This document shows positions 34,933 to 47,582 of a stretch of DNA of 64,000 nucleotides, in pieces (the first letter of the stretch is position 1; each line of letters starts with the position of its first letter). The stretch lies in contig OZ251241.1 of the NCBI GenBank assembly GCA_965240325.2, positions 558,001 through 622,000 of the forward strand, read 5' to 3'. The notes under the pieces were generated by a model. That model searched no databases. It was not told the DNA's origin and saw only the letters and a list, made by a program, of their open reading frames with translations. Source of the stretch: Rebecca billardiae RCC1528. Its lineage: Eukaryota; Protista; Haptophyta. Made by a program: the position numbers and the translations under genes.

Positions 34933-36228
34933 CTAGCCCGCCCTGGACGACCCGGGCTCGGAGTCAAGGGGCGCGCTTGCTGGTGCCATAACGGCCGCGA
35001 CTGCGCTGAAAATCGCGGATGCCATCAAGGTGAAGACGGGCGATGGCGGGCACCAGTGCAAGCAGTCTTTATCGGACCCGTGCCAATCGCCGTGAGCCAT
35101 CAGCGGCGCGTACACTGGGAGCACGGGCACGCCGCTCGCGCGCATGAACGCGTTCGCCACCGGGTTGCGCCAGTTGTCTGCGTCGTCCTCCGAGATCTCC
35201 TGCGTGCACGGCTGCTCGCAGGCGCCATCGCACGGCAGGCTGCTACCGCCTAGCGCACCGCTTGTGCCGGGCGCAAAGTGGCGCGGCGTGGTCTCCATCC
35301 ACAGCACGGCGCGGGGCGGGGACGTGCCAGCCGGGCACAGAGGCGCCGCCGCCCGTCCGCCCAGCCTTGCCGCCAGCCGCTGCACGTCGAGTACGTAGTC
35401 GCGCACGCGCAGCCTGTTCTCCTTCCGGCGCCGCGCGTCCTCCGTGATCCGCGCCGAGGTTTCCTTCCGATCGCCGGCGCTGTCCCCGTAGTTCATCAGG
35501 CGCTCGACGATGACCTTGATCCACAGCCGGCATAGTGCCTTCGTCTCGTTTTTTCGCCAGCACTCGCCCCGGCCCTCGTTATACCATACGCCCAGGTTGA
35601 GGACGGCGACGGTCTGGCGCGCGCTGGCCCTCGGCGTGCACAGATGCGCCAGCGCGCGTGCGAGGCTGCCCTCGCTCCTCGGCACGGTGGCCAAGTACAT
35701 GAACTCGTGGCTCACGCCGGCAAGGGCCGGGTTCTCACGCGCCACAAGCTGGAGCCAATAGTCGCTGAACTGATTAATCAGCGAGTCGCCAACCATCACC
35801 AGCCGCACGCCGCCGGCGCGGCCATCGAGCGCGTCGCCGAAGTCGTGAGAGAATGCGTCCCGCACAAGGTCTTCGCACCGGCTCGTGCGCGGCACGGCCC
35901 AGCACCCCGACGCGAGCGCCGACACCGAGGCGTTTCTATACCTCGGCCCGCAATCCATATGATGACGAGGACCTAACCTCGTCTTGAACGCCTTTTCCAC
36001 ACCACGCTGGAGGCGGGACACCGCGTCGGGGCGCACTGGCGGAAGGATAGAGGAGCGTTGGCTGTCATTGGCGTTGCACAGGGGTCGCCAGCGCATCTGG
36101 CCAATGCACTCGAGCGTGCGCTCGAGCCCTGTACTCGTGCCATCGCCTCTGCTCGGCTTCAGGTCAGCGGATGATGCGGCCCCTGCGAGGACGATCGCAC
36201 AAACCGCCGGCCAGGCGCACAACGCCAT
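34933..36228 (-). CDS. TBL/PC-esterase-like SGNH O-acyltransferase/esterase
   Basis: MVGDSL, LNLGVWY and DCLHWC motifs; N-terminal signal peptide. Confidence 0.85.
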   Translation of the reverse strand: MALCAWPAVCAIVLAGAASSADLKPSRGDGTSTGLERTLECIGQMRWRPLCNANDSQRSSILPPVRPDAVSRLQRGVEKAFKTRLGPRHHMDCGPRYRNASVSALASGCWAVPRTSRCEDLVRDAFSHDFGDALDGRAGGVRLVMVGDSLINQFSDYWLQLVARENPALAGVSHEFMYLATVPRSEGSLARALAHLCTPRASARQTVAVLNLGVWYNEGRGECWRKNETKALCRLWIKVIVERLMNYGDSAGDRKETSARITEDARRRKENRLRVRDYVLDVQRLAARLGGRAAAPLCPAGTSPPRAVLWMETTPRHFAPGTSGALGGSSLPCDGACEQPCTQEISEDDADNWRNPVANAFMRASGVPVLPVYAPLMAHGDWHGSDKDCLHWCPPSPVFTLMASAIFSAVAAVMAPASAPLDSEPGSSRAG

Positions 36229-36301
36229 CGTGCTTGTGCGAGCTGTCCGGGGGCAGCCGGCCTTGCCCACTGTGCGGTTCCCTGCCCACCAGCACTCCAG
36301 C

Positions 36302-37181
36302 AGCTGGCCGATACACACCCTTACCGCTCTGCGCATGGGGAACCCATGCTCGCAGAGCGGCCGGGGCGAATCTCAGGGGCCTGAGGCGGTCCCGGACGCG
36401 CGCCCCGCGGCCACACCTGAGGGTGCGGGCGGGCTCTTCGATCATGTTGGTGAGCTCTCCGCCATCGGGGCGCGCTTCATTGCGCCGCCTCGCCTCGCGT
36501 ACGGCGTTCCCGTCGTGCTCGGCACTGACAAGGCTGAGCAGAGCGTAGAGTGCCATCATGATTGCATTCGGTTCCAACTTGCTCGCCAGCCACTTCCAGC
36601 CAGGTGCGCGCGGCTTGGGAGTAGACGATTAGTTCCGTGTGCCCGGGCTCGTCGTGACACCGGCATGCCGATCCCTCCCCAGCCGAGATGTCAGAGCGCG
36701 TGCGCACAGGCAGTCACAGGCAGTGCGCACTGGTAGCCAAGTGGACGCGTGTGAGCGACGACAAGCCACGACAAGAAAACGGCCGCATCCAACCTTCTCA
36801 CATACCACTAGACCACCGCGCAGAATGCGTCTGAGCCCGCCCATTCCCGCCCATAACGAGTTACAGCGGCTCGATTGTGAGGCGGGTGCAAAGGCGGCGG
36901 GTGAAAGCGAGCCCCGCGCGGGCGGCGAGAGAGACGCGCGTGCATAGACCTGATGCGGGAGTGCCCGAACAACGTGAAGGTGCGTCCATCTTCCAAGCGC
37001 GCGACCGGTCCGACACCGCGCCACGCCAAACGAGCACCACGCGTGTCGCCCCCCAGCGCCGGCCACGCGTCCCGAGGCGCTGCCATGTTTCGTCACGGGC
37101 CCGATCTCTGAGGTTAGCCCCGGCCGCTCTGCGAGCGTGGTTCCACCACGCGCAGAGCGGCCGGGTGTGTATCGGCCAGCT
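36302..37181. repeat. Diverged ~75-bp inverted repeat pair (36302-36376 / 37108-37181); each arm is itself a hairpin
   Basis: AGCTGGCCGATACACACCC..CCGCTCTGCG..CGCAGAGCGGCCGGGGC..CTCAG is present in both orientations. Confidence 0.75.
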
Positions 37182-38767
37182 CCAGCAGGCCCCGTGCCGG
37201 CCCGGGCGGTTGCCGATGCCAACCGAGGGCAGGGTGTCACTCGGGCGTGTCAGCAAGGCGCTACGGGCGCGTATGTGCCCGCGGAGCCGGCGCGTGCGGA
37301 CGGGCTATTGTGGGAGAGCACTCGGCACCCTCCTGCGCCGCGTGTCTTGCGCCACGCCTCTTTCGCCTCGGCTCAGGGTAGCGCGCACGCACGCGTCGCC
37401 TCAACCGCAAGGCCAGCCTTGCCGCTCCGCAGCCGCGCGCGCTGTACGCGGCGTGGTCGGGAAGGAACGGGCGCTGCTGCCGGGCGAGTTGGCGACGTCA
37501 TTGGCGCACGCCTCCGCATCGATCGCGTCGACGCACTCAAAGCCCATTGTGGCAAGCTTCCCGCGCATGTGTGCTGACACTGCCAGGTCAGAACATTTTG
37601 TATCGTGCATCAGCGTGCACTGAAGGTCAAACGCGCAGGCTCGAGGTGGTGTCGCGCGCGCATGTGATGGCACGGCATGCCCCCGCAGCGGCTCGAGCCC
37701 CGAGTAGAGCCCGTCGCGCGCTGCGCGCGCGCGCTTGCATGCGAGCGCCTGCACTGCTTTTGTGGGGCGCCGCGCCGTGTGCGTGCTGCTTCAAGGCGCG
37801 GAGAGGCGAGGACGAGGAAGGCGCGTGAAGCAGAGAGGGGCGCCAGGCGGGTCTGCGAAGGCTCAAGCCCCGTGCCGGGTACGCAGCTCGACCCGACGGC
37901 CGCAGGAGCGCGCGGCGTGAGCGGCCCCGCCGCCGTGCAAGGCGGCGCGCGGGCGAGTGCCACTGGCGAGCGGCGACCTTGCGATGAGTGAGCCTCTGCC
38001 GCGCTGCGCAGAGCGCACTACGAGTTGCGGAGCCACCCTGGACACCCTCGCCGCTGCAGCACTCGTGGATGGAGCGCGAGTGACACGAATTGGGTCAGGT
38101 CAGCATGGCTGATTCCTGGGTTGGCGGCGGCTCAGGCGCCACGCGAAGGCGAGCGAGCGTCGATGACGGACGCGCTCGTCGACAGCATCGCTCATCGTGG
38201 AGAGGGTTCGCGCGGGCAAGGCGTGCCCCCCGGGCCGCCGGGCGGCTGCGACTGACGAGTCAGTAGTCACTGAGCGGCTGCGAGGTCGGAGCGCCAGCGG
38301 GTCGGAGCGCCAGCGGGCTGACGGCGACTGCCAGCGCTCCGAGACTCAGGAGCCAGCAGCGGCACCGTCGCCTGAGCGACGAATGACCGCGAAACCGTCA
38401 TCCACAATGGGAGGGCGCGGGTCATCGTCATCATCAGGCTTGGTGAGCTCGTCAAGCTCATCAGTCGACGGGCCGTCGACACAGGCCCAGGCTCGGACGG
38501 CTGACAGACCTGGTCCTGTTGACCGGTCGGGCCACTCGCGGGCCGGCGCCGCGCGCGGCCTGACCGGGCTGCGCGCGAACCCCGCCTATATATATCGTCA
38601 TCATCATCAGATTCATATTGAGTGTGGCATGGAACTAGTCTGTTCAGTGTTCGGCATCGGGCATAATGATGATGATAGGCGGGGTTCAAACGCAAGCAGT
38701 GTGCGTGCATTCGGACCGCGCCCATCAGGCCATCAATGGCAATATATAGCCGTATATACGCCGGCCC

Positions 38768-39320
38768 ATACGAGGCGCGGCTCGACACCTTCCCCGCGAT
38801 CGTCCCGATTGTCGTGGGGGCGTTTGGCGAGTGGAGCGCGGAGGTGGACCTCACCCTCAAGAAGATCGCCAAGATGGGGCGGGACACGTGGCTCGCGCGC
38901 CTCAGCGCGCCCTCGCGCCCCGCCGCCGAGCGCGCGCTGCTCGGCACCATGCGGCGCGAGCTGGCGGGCATGCGCTGCCTGCGTGGCCAAGCCAAGATGC
39001 TCATCGCCCGCGCGCGCATGGCGCACGTGCGCCCGGGGGCACGCGCCCGCGGGGGCGCTGCATACGACGACTACTTCGAGACGACGGCTGACGACGCGTC
39101 GGGCACCGCGACCACCGCGGTGGCGCGCGCGCGTCGACGCCAGACGGTACTCGTCGAGCTTCCGCTCGGCGATGGAGTGATGGGCGACTACGAGGGGGGG
39201 GGACGACGGCGAGGAGCCGGCTGATCCTGGTCGGTGTTTGTCTCTGCTGCTCGATCTGCTGCTACCAGGTACAGCTTGCTGACTCTGACGCCTGCGCACC
39301 CATTGCATACCACGTCGTTA
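38768..39320 (+). mobile_element. 5'-truncated non-LTR retrotransposon (RLE/CRE-like endonuclease C-terminus) with 14-bp TSD
   Basis: ATATACGCCGGCCC at 38754-38767 and 39321-39334. The ORF fragment IVPIVVGAFGEWS..LRGQAKML ends at 39224. Confidence 0.78.
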
Positions 39321-39497
39321 ATATACGCCGGCCCCCGGTACGGCCGTACGGGTTATTGGTTTATGGGGCGCGCCTTATAACGGGTTTTCAGTGACTGGCC
39401 GCGCCGGGAACCAGTGCAGCCCAGTACACACACTGACACAGGGATGCAAAATGCGGCCCGCGAGTGCGGGCACCGTCTCGCCCGGCGTGGGCAGCCA

Positions 39498-40115
39498 TCA
39501 GCTCACCGCGGGCATCGGCGGTGTCGCTTGAAGCATGCGCTTGAACAGGTCGACGCCCCACGACTCGCCCGAGTTGGTCGTCGAGATTTCGTACGCAATG
39601 CTGCCGTGTGCCAGCGCCTCGATCGGTGGCAGGTGCTCCTTCTTCTCGGCACACATGCTGATGATGCTGCACAGGCGCTCACCGAGCTGCTCCTCCAGGG
39701 CGGCCTGCGCCTCGGCGCGCTCCGCGTGGTGCTGATACGGCCGGCTCTGGATGCGTAGCGGGATCGACCAGCGCTCCCAGCACACACGCTCCTCGACGTT
39801 GTGCAGCCCGAGGAGCCCCTTGCGCTGCCGTCGCTCAAAGAAGGAGAGGTCGACCTGCCCGCGCGCCTGCCCGGCGCGGTCAATGGCGTTCGCAAACTGC
39901 TCTATCCTCTCTTCCACCGTGGCGCGCATGCCCTCGTCGTGACAGCGGAGGTAGGTGAGCTCAAACAGTGTCGACTCCACCTCGAGGTGGCGGTTCGTAG
40001 GCGGAGCGCCGAGCACGCGCTGATACAGGATCGTGTGCAGGGTGCATCGCAGTGCCTCCTTCAGTTGGAAATGTTCCACCTCTAGCTCGTCGAGCTGGAA
40101 GTGCTCGTAGTTCAT
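39498..40115 (-). CDS. ATG101: Autophagy protein ATG101 (HORMA)
   Basis: LKEALRCTLHTILYQRVLG..LFELTYLRC..GQVDLSFFERR..EERVCWERWSI..KEHLPPI. Confidence 0.92.
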   Translation of the reverse strand: MNYEHFQLDELEVEHFQLKEALRCTLHTILYQRVLGAPPTNRHLEVESTLFELTYLRCHDEGMRATVEERIEQFANAIDRAGQARGQVDLSFFERRQRKGLLGLHNVEERVCWERWSIPLRIQSRPYQHHAERAEAQAALEEQLGERLCSIISMCAEKKEHLPPIEALAHGSIAYEISTTNSGESWGVDLFKRMLQATPPMPAVS

Positions 40116-40402
40116 CCCCCTGTAGCCGACCGCCTGGCACGCTGGCACGCTGGCGAGCGGCGGAGGTGGGAGGGTGGAGGCGTCCTGCTGCTGCGATTTC
40201 ACCGGAGCAACATCACGAAAAAAACTCGATCTCACACGCAAAAAAGATCTCGGGGGACAGCCCGGACTCCACATTTCCGGGCGGCGCCCGGCGCCCAGTG
40301 CGCCACCCGTCTTTGCTCGCCGGGCTTGAACGACGACCTGCTCTCGATTGGCGCGGGGGCCGAAAGCCGCTGTGACCGCCCGAAGGCAACGCGCGCCAAA
40401 AG

Positions 40403-41206
40403 ATGGCGGACGAGGAGGTGTACAGCGTGGAGAAGATTCTCTCGAAGCGGATGCGCAAGGGCAGAGAGGAATACCTCATCAAGTGGCTCGGGTACGGCCC
40501 GAAGCATAACACGTGGGAGCCGCGCGAAAACATCTACGATGACACCCTGATCGTCGCGTTCGAGCAGGCGTTGGCAGAGCAGCCCGATAAGAAGAAGGCC
40601 AAACGCGGCAAATCAGCGGACGACGCCGACGCCAATGCGGCGTTGGCAAACGCGCGCACGATCCACGAGCCCGAGCGCATGGTCCACATCGACCTGCGGC
40701 AGCACGCCGAGCGGATCTGCTGTCTCGAGCTCGAAGATGCCCTCCAGCCCAAGGACGCGGAGTTCTCGGGGGAGGAAGTGCTGAAGGCGGTGCGGACGGC
40801 GTGGGACATGGGACCGCTCGTGGTCAAGTTCCGCACCAGCCTCGTCGACCTGAAGACGTTCATCACAGACGATCGCGTGAGACCACGGCTGCACGTTTGG
40901 TCTGGGCGGCCGATCGCGCGCGCCGACAACACCGCAGAAGATGCCGCAGCTGACCAGGACAGGCTGCAGGGGTGGTGCCACGACCTACTCAGCCGGCAGA
41001 GAGCGGCTGTCGTCGAGCTCACGAACACCGCCGTCATCGCGTCCCACCTCTTCATCATCCCGGCGCAGTGCGACACGTGGTCGGCGCTCGCCAGCATTGG
41101 CTCAGATCTGAAGCCGGGCCAGGTGGCACTTGCTGTCGTGCAGGGCAACGGCGAGGAGCCGGCGTGCGACGACGCGGACGCCGGTCCAGATGGGAGGGCT
41201 GCGTAG
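40403..41206 (+). CDS. Chromodomain protein with C-terminal SPOC-like domain
   Basis: [29 protein letters not shown] with the aromatic cage intact; KKKAKR NLS; [22 protein letters not shown]. Confidence 0.85.
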   Translation: MADEEVYSVEKILSKRMRKGREEYLIKWLGYGPKHNTWEPRENIYDDTLIVAFEQALAEQPDKKKAKRGKSADDADANAALANARTIHEPERMVHIDLRQHAERICCLELEDALQPKDAEFSGEEVLKAVRTAWDMGPLVVKFRTSLVDLKTFITDDRVRPRLHVWSGRPIARADNTAEDAAADQDRLQGWCHDLLSRQRAAVVELTNTAVIASHLFIIPAQCDTWSALASIGSDLKPGQVALAVVQGNGEEPACDDADAGPDGRAA

Positions 41207-42054
41207 GTGGCGCGAGTGCCCTGTGCCACGCGCACATGACGGCTCTCTGAGGCACCAGGCACTTCGCGCTTCGCGCCACGGACACTGTCCTGGCGTTGGA
41301 CGGCTGCTGGCGGCCTTCGGCGCTCCGCTGGTCAGCCGCTGATCCTTGTCGACGGACCACCGTCCCCGAGCAGGTGCCAGTGATGTCCCGAGGTGCTGTA
41401 CGCGATGTCCCGAGGCGCCGCAGACCATACCGCAGCCTCACTCACTGAGGCACAGCGTGCCACAGCCTAACTCCCTAAGGCCGATGCCGCGCGCTGCCAG
41501 CAGCCGCGGCCCGCACTCAGTCAGGCGGTGACTGCTCGCACGGCCAAATGAAAATCGCAAACGCGGCGTCCGAGAAGGCAACTAGCTAGTAGCTTAGCTT
41601 AGCTACGACCGATTCAACAATGATCGACGCTGCGTTTTTCCGCGGGCCGGTCCGCCAGACCGCGAAACAATTCACGCATTTTCAGAGCGAGTCGCGGCTC
41701 CGCCTTCCCATTGGTCGGTTGGGGGGGGATCGAAAAATGAGCGGTCGCCAAAGTGAGACATATTATCTCAATACCATCAGGCGAAAGACTGGAATCAGGA
41801 AGAAAACGAGCCAATGGTCATCCCGGAAGGCATGATGGCTTGGCCGCAATCTCCTTAGCATCTCAGCAATCTTCGCTCCTTTTTTGTGTCCTTCTCCACC
41901 TCCACGAGGCCTGGACGAGATCGCTTGCGAGCGGAAGGGCTTCGGGTCGAGACTCGAGTAGAGCGCGTCAAAGCGAAGGGGAGCCGCTGGCTCGCTGGCT
42001 CCGTGAGGTTCAAGGCAGCTAGCCGCCGACGCTGATGGCGAAGACGGCGGCTGG

Positions 42055-42773
42055 CCAAGGGCCGTAAGGGCACCCAACTCCCAGTGCGGCCAGCTCGGAG
42101 GTTGAGGTGCCTCTGTCTGTCTCGTGGCCTCGCGACTCGCGTCCGGCCGGCGTGCTTCAAACGCTGCGCGAGGGCGCGACGTCGAGCGCTCTGCCTGGAT
42201 GACTGGCGGCGATGCCGAACCCGGACGGCTCGCCGCTGAGCGGCGCGGGTCAAGGCTCTCCTGACACGCGCGTGAGTCCGCCAGGCTCGCCTCTTTCGCC
42301 TCTCGGCCCGTGCAATCGGCAGTTGCCAACGCGGCGCGCGAGCTCACTCGTGCCGTGCGCGCCAGCAGCAAACGGAGCGCTCGGGCTGCTTGCACCGGGC
42401 ACGCAGGGGCAAGCGTGGGCGCCCGCCCGCACTTTGGCTTGTAGGCCCCTACGGGCAGCCTCCATGTCCGCCTGACTCACTTCCGTTCCCGGCGGTCGGC
42501 TGCTCGACTCGTCGCGCGTCCGGTGGCCTCAGCCGAGCTGCGCTCGGCTCGCCCCCACCTCCGCCTCCACCTCCGCCTCGCCATCAGCACTGTCCGCCTC
42601 GCCCGCCGCGCGCCGCCCGCCGCGCGCCGCCCGCCGCGGCGCCCCGTCATGCCCGCACCCTCGCCTCCCGCGTCTTCGGCGACGGGCCACTCACCGCGGG
42701 CACTCACGGAGGCGAGCACAACAGAGGCGCCCCAACCTCCGCACTGGGAGTTGGGTGCCCTTACGGCCCTTGG
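42055..42773. repeat. Inverted repeat pair (~42055-42115 / 42721-42773)
   Basis: CCGCACTGGGAGTTGGGTGCCCTTACGGCCCTTGG is present in both orientations. Confidence 0.75.
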
Positions 42774-43511
42774 GCTGGCGATGGTCGCAACTCAAGTGGG
42801 ATTGGGGATTGGAAGATGGGCTGAAAGACCAGGCATCGTATTCAACTCCAGCCGACCAACACTGCAGCTCTGTGATGCGGGCCCGGCCACTGTACTGTAC
42901 ACGGCAGGCCCGCCGGGCTTGCGTCGCGCCGCAGGTTGGGGTCGCCGGCCTTCCTATAGGCGCTCACCACGGCTCTTGCGACGGTGACGGTGACATGGAT
43001 GAAGACGATGGCGACGCCTTTCACGACGCTGCCTCTGCGTGGCCAGACTCGCTGCGCAGTCGATCGGCCGGATGCACATCAAAAGGGTGGTGGCGGGCCG
43101 GTCCGCGGCGGGCAAGCTCATCATGTCGTTCGGGCCTGGCGTCCGCGGCATGTGCCGTTTTCACCTCCCGCAGGTCGCATTTGAGCTGATGGAGTTATGC
43201 GGCGACGTCCTCAAGACCGGGCCAGAGGATCACAGCGTGGAGTGCAACGCTTGTTTTGCCGGGCGGTGAGCCGCGCGTGTTGATTCGCCGCGAATGATCG
43301 CTCGGCGACGACGACTACCGGTCGTCGACTATACGGCTGCGTACGTACTGCTATAATAACGGCGGTATAACTATCGGACCGTGTAGTAGTACCGGCGGGC
43401 CGTGGCGCGCCGCCGAGTCGTGCCGATTCCAGGACGTTATTCCGCCTATTCGTTCCGACGACTCATCCGACGTCGGGCCCGCGCGCGCACTTGTTAGCCC
43501 GTTATTATTTA

Positions 43512-45411
43512 GGTGGGCCCACAGCCATTTAAAAATGAAAACAAAATCTCTCTAGCTTTTTCGGGCCGCTGCCGTGCTCTTTTTCTCGCGCTGAAGTCCC
43601 CTTTTCCAGGCCGCCAAACTCCCGGTCCGGGAAGCCGGTCGATCGCGAAAACGATGACCGGGATCGACCTGCGCGCGTCGTCAGCGCTTTGTCCGCCGCG
43701 CTTGCCCGCCTGCCATGCGAGGCACGCTGCGCCGCACGCCCGTGGCGTGCTGCGTAGCCCTCTGGAACGAGCCATGCGAACGGTTCATCCCTGGGCCATC
43801 TTCCCGGTTGGCCATCTCTCGTCGACAGTCGCGCGTTCAAACACGGGAACAGCTTTGAGGATTGTAATGCGAGCACAACGCGAGCTTGGGACACCCTTGA
43901 ACGAACTGGTACACTCCGGAGCGTTACTGGTACAGCATCTACATGGTATCCTGGCAAGGCCCAGCTACTTCTGCGGCCCTGCAGAGACCCGCCTCGTCGG
44001 TCAGGTCCCCGGAAGTCTGTGCGGTGTGACCGAACGCTATGGCTGTTCACATGATCGTGGGCGTCTTGGGGAAGGATCTGATGGTCAAACAGCGGTCAAA
44101 GTGGATGCGTGTGCCGTCTGTTACCTCCCCGGCCTCGACTCAACTCTCAGTGCCGACGCACCTCAGGTGTTTGGAAGCTACGAGCCCCTTGGAGGGCCTC
44201 GAGCCACACGATTGCACGAGGTCGGGCTGCGCGTCAAGCCGGGTAGATCGCAGCTGATGCGCTTGTTGAGCCCTGTCGTGGCTCTACGCGTACCTCAAGA
44301 GCCCAGCTACTCCCCCGCGCGGCCGCACAGCAGTCGCCCCGCCTCTGCTTGGTCATCCGCTGTGCGCCGTGCTCGCTGCGGACAGTACAGTTGATCCGTT
44401 CACCAGTGATTTGAACCCTTCGTGAGCCTGCCCGAGCACGTTGGTGGCGCCGCCGACGCCGGTGCACGGTCAGCAGGCGTACCAGCTTGCCTGCGAGCCA
44501 TGTCTCGCCCTGCTGCCACGCAGGAAGCGGTGATGAGTGCACATCGCTACGCGCGCGCGTGCACCACGGCGAGCCAGCTCGGCGCTGCGACGAAGCGGCC
44601 GTTGCGCACAGTTAGGCAGAGGACGGTCCAGCTGAGGACAGCTCGGACACAGCTTGGTCGCAGTGTAGAGCAACGGTTAGGTCGGGGCACGAGAAAAGGC
44701 GTTCGATGCATAGCAGTGCCTGCCTTGAGCGCCACAGATGAGCTCTCGACGAACCTTGTCCGCCGTGTTTACGCTGCGGGCTGCTGGATGGGCCCGGCGC
44801 CGCGTGCACCACTCCTGCTTGCCTTGACCACGGCGGGCGGGCTGGCGCCGCGACTCGGTGCGGCTCAATCTTTGCCCACGGCTCCTTAAGACTCATCCTT
44901 CGAGGGTAGAAGGGTTGGAAAAATTCTTAGGTGTCACATGCACGCCGTACGGCTGCTACGAGAGCAGTCTGAAACAGTCTGAAATACTATGGCAGCCATG
45001 CTGATCAGCACGGCGGTGTATATGTAACGCACGGGTGTAACGGCCGTTATCCCGTATTCTCACAGTGCCCGTATACGCCGTATATGTGACAATGGGTGTG
45101 CATGCTGCTGAAGACCTATGATCAGCTCATCAAAGTGCTATATCAAAGTGACGTCTGTTGACCCTATATATATCACGTTTAAGACGCCCGTTAGATGGCC
45201 GTTACATTGGTCACAGGCCATTTCCAATAAGTAAATAGGACCACCGTTACTCCCTATATTTACAGCATGTACCACTGGTTTTTTAACCAGGCAGGCCAGG
45301 GGCCATCTCCTGGGGCTGGAATCCAGCTCGAGACGAAAGTAAACATCCGACATCGCGCTATGAGCTCGCGCTCTGCGTCACTATAATCACACAGTGGCCA
45401 GTGGGCCCACC
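43512..45411. mobile_element. Putative ~1.9-kb non-autonomous TIR element
   Basis: TA|GGTGGGCCCAC ... GTGGGCCCACC|TA, both ends in TATTATT context; lower GC and no recognisable intact ORF. Confidence 0.5.
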
Positions 45412-47151
45412 TATATTATTACTCGTCGTTGTTCACCTACTTCCTGAATTCCTCATCCCGATCCGAGTCCGACTCAGAAGTCAGTGTCAGATCCGGGCGC
45501 TGCGCCATCAGTGCGGGCGGCGTCACCACTTCTGTCGCCGCCGGCGGAACGTCTCCGCCGCCGGTCGGACCGGCGCTAGAAGTCGTAGATGAATTGCTGG
45601 CGCTATTGCTACTGCTAGATCCGAGTATCCGTCCGAGACGTGATGCGGCACCGTAATCCCGTGATGGGACATGAGTCTGGTCCGGCGGCGGCACTCGCCA
45701 ATCGCGATAGTTCGACACGCGGTGACTGCATGCTCTGATGATGATCGTCATCTGTATATTGAGTGACTGGCGGGCAGCAGAGTGACGACGACGCCCACCG
45801 CGCTGTCGTCCGTCTAGTGCCAAGCTCCCAAGAGTCGTCGGGCCTTTGACTCAATTCCCTTTGACGCGGGGCGCCGTGCGCACCGGCGCTGCAATAACTC
45901 GCCAACTCGGCATCGTCACGAGTCTGCACGGGCCTCGGCCGATTTGGTGAACCCAGCGGCGTGCACTGCCGCGAGCGTGCTGCCCGGGCTGACCTTGGAT
46001 TCGATGCCAGAGTGATAAGACATGACAATTCCATAGTCTGTGCTTGCCCTCCCCACCGTACCCGCGTACGCCGCGAGTGCCTCCGTACGAGTTCATGGCC
46101 GCGTAGAACGGCGCACCGTGCGGCGGGCGACGAGGCCGCACTCGTGAGCTGCATGCTGCATCCAGGCAACGCCTTGGACGCGTACCTGTGCTTCCTGAGA
46201 AGGCGGGCCTCACGCCTGGCTGCGCTGGTGTCGGTGGACGCCCTGAGCTTCACCGCAGCCAGCCCACCCTGGGCGTCGACAACCTTGTTTACAAACCGTG
46301 CCGTGCAGGAGCCCGCTCCCACAAGCTGCTCTCACAGTGAGCCGCAGCTGGGACATCCATCTGTTCGGCCTCCTCGCTGGGGAGCGTCAGGTCGAGCGCC
46401 GGAACTTCCGACTTGCGCGAGCCCAGCAGCCGGCCGAGCGGGCGCCCAGCCGCGCGCGCTCTCCCCCTCCGCGCGGCGCAGCGTGAATGAAGGCGGGCGC
46501 GCACGACGTTGATTGAGAAAGAGCTCCTCCTCCTGCACGCGCAGGCTCCACAGCACGAGCGCGCCCGATGCGAAGAGGAAAGCATCGAAGGGTGCGGGCA
46601 GCGGCGTGCTCGTCGCGCTCCCACTGAGAGCGCGACGTGGGCAACGTGAACGTCACGTGCCGACGGGCGTCGGTCAGACGACGTGGACGGGAGGCGAGCA
46701 GCGCGGCGGAGGAGACGTGGGTGCCAGTGAGCGTGCACGGCGCGGACGGCTCCCCGCCGCAGGGCGGCGTCGTGTGCTCGCCCGCCGGCCGCCCGTGCTC
46801 TAGGATCCTCAGAATCCTAAGAAGTCCGCCTCGCCGGGCCGCGTTGAGAGCCCCAACTGAAAACTCCCAAGGGGGGCTTCCAGGTCTTGCATCTGAAGAC
46901 CACGATCTCCGTCCGATCTTCGTTTAGTCTATTGGTGCGACGAAGCAGGAATATGATTTTCTTTTGTCCTCCGCGTGTCGATCTCGCCGGCTCGCAAGCC
47001 AAGCCTTTCAGAAACGCGGCGTGGTGAACGCGGTGCAAGTGCCGCGCCCAGTACTGGCTACTCGCCGCGGCCGGACTCTGACTCTCGCCCTCGGCGGAGT
47101 TCGGTTGTGCACCACTTGAACACTTCGGAGTGCGCGCCGAAGCCGCCAGTA

Positions 47152-47285
<134 letters not shown>

Positions 47286-47582
47286 GGACGATGAAACTGC
47301 TGTTACACTACTGGCTGTAGTACTCACTGCCAGACCGTGACTGAGTGTCAGAGTGTGCCACTACGCGACATAAATGACCGCGTTCCGCGGTCCTTTTCCG
47401 TAGAACGAACGCAGAATTCAGGGCCCGCGGTGGCGGTGCACCCTCCGTCGCAGTCGTCCATTGACAGACCCGGAGTTGCATGCCCGTACAACTAGACTCT
47501 CCACCAGCGGCGCGCCGCCGCCCGCCGCGCCGCGGGCGGGCCCATCGCACTTCGCAGCCGCCGGCGCGGCGCCGATTGTGTA

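Noticed and set aside
37250-38000. Possible minus-strand exon (QCTLMHDTKCSDLAVSAHMRGKLATMGFEC)
   Set aside because: I could not build a consistent gene model or recognise any homology.
43513-44394. 293-aa ORF as a transposase
   Set aside because: No DDE, zinc-finger or HTH motif recognisable; atypical codon usage.
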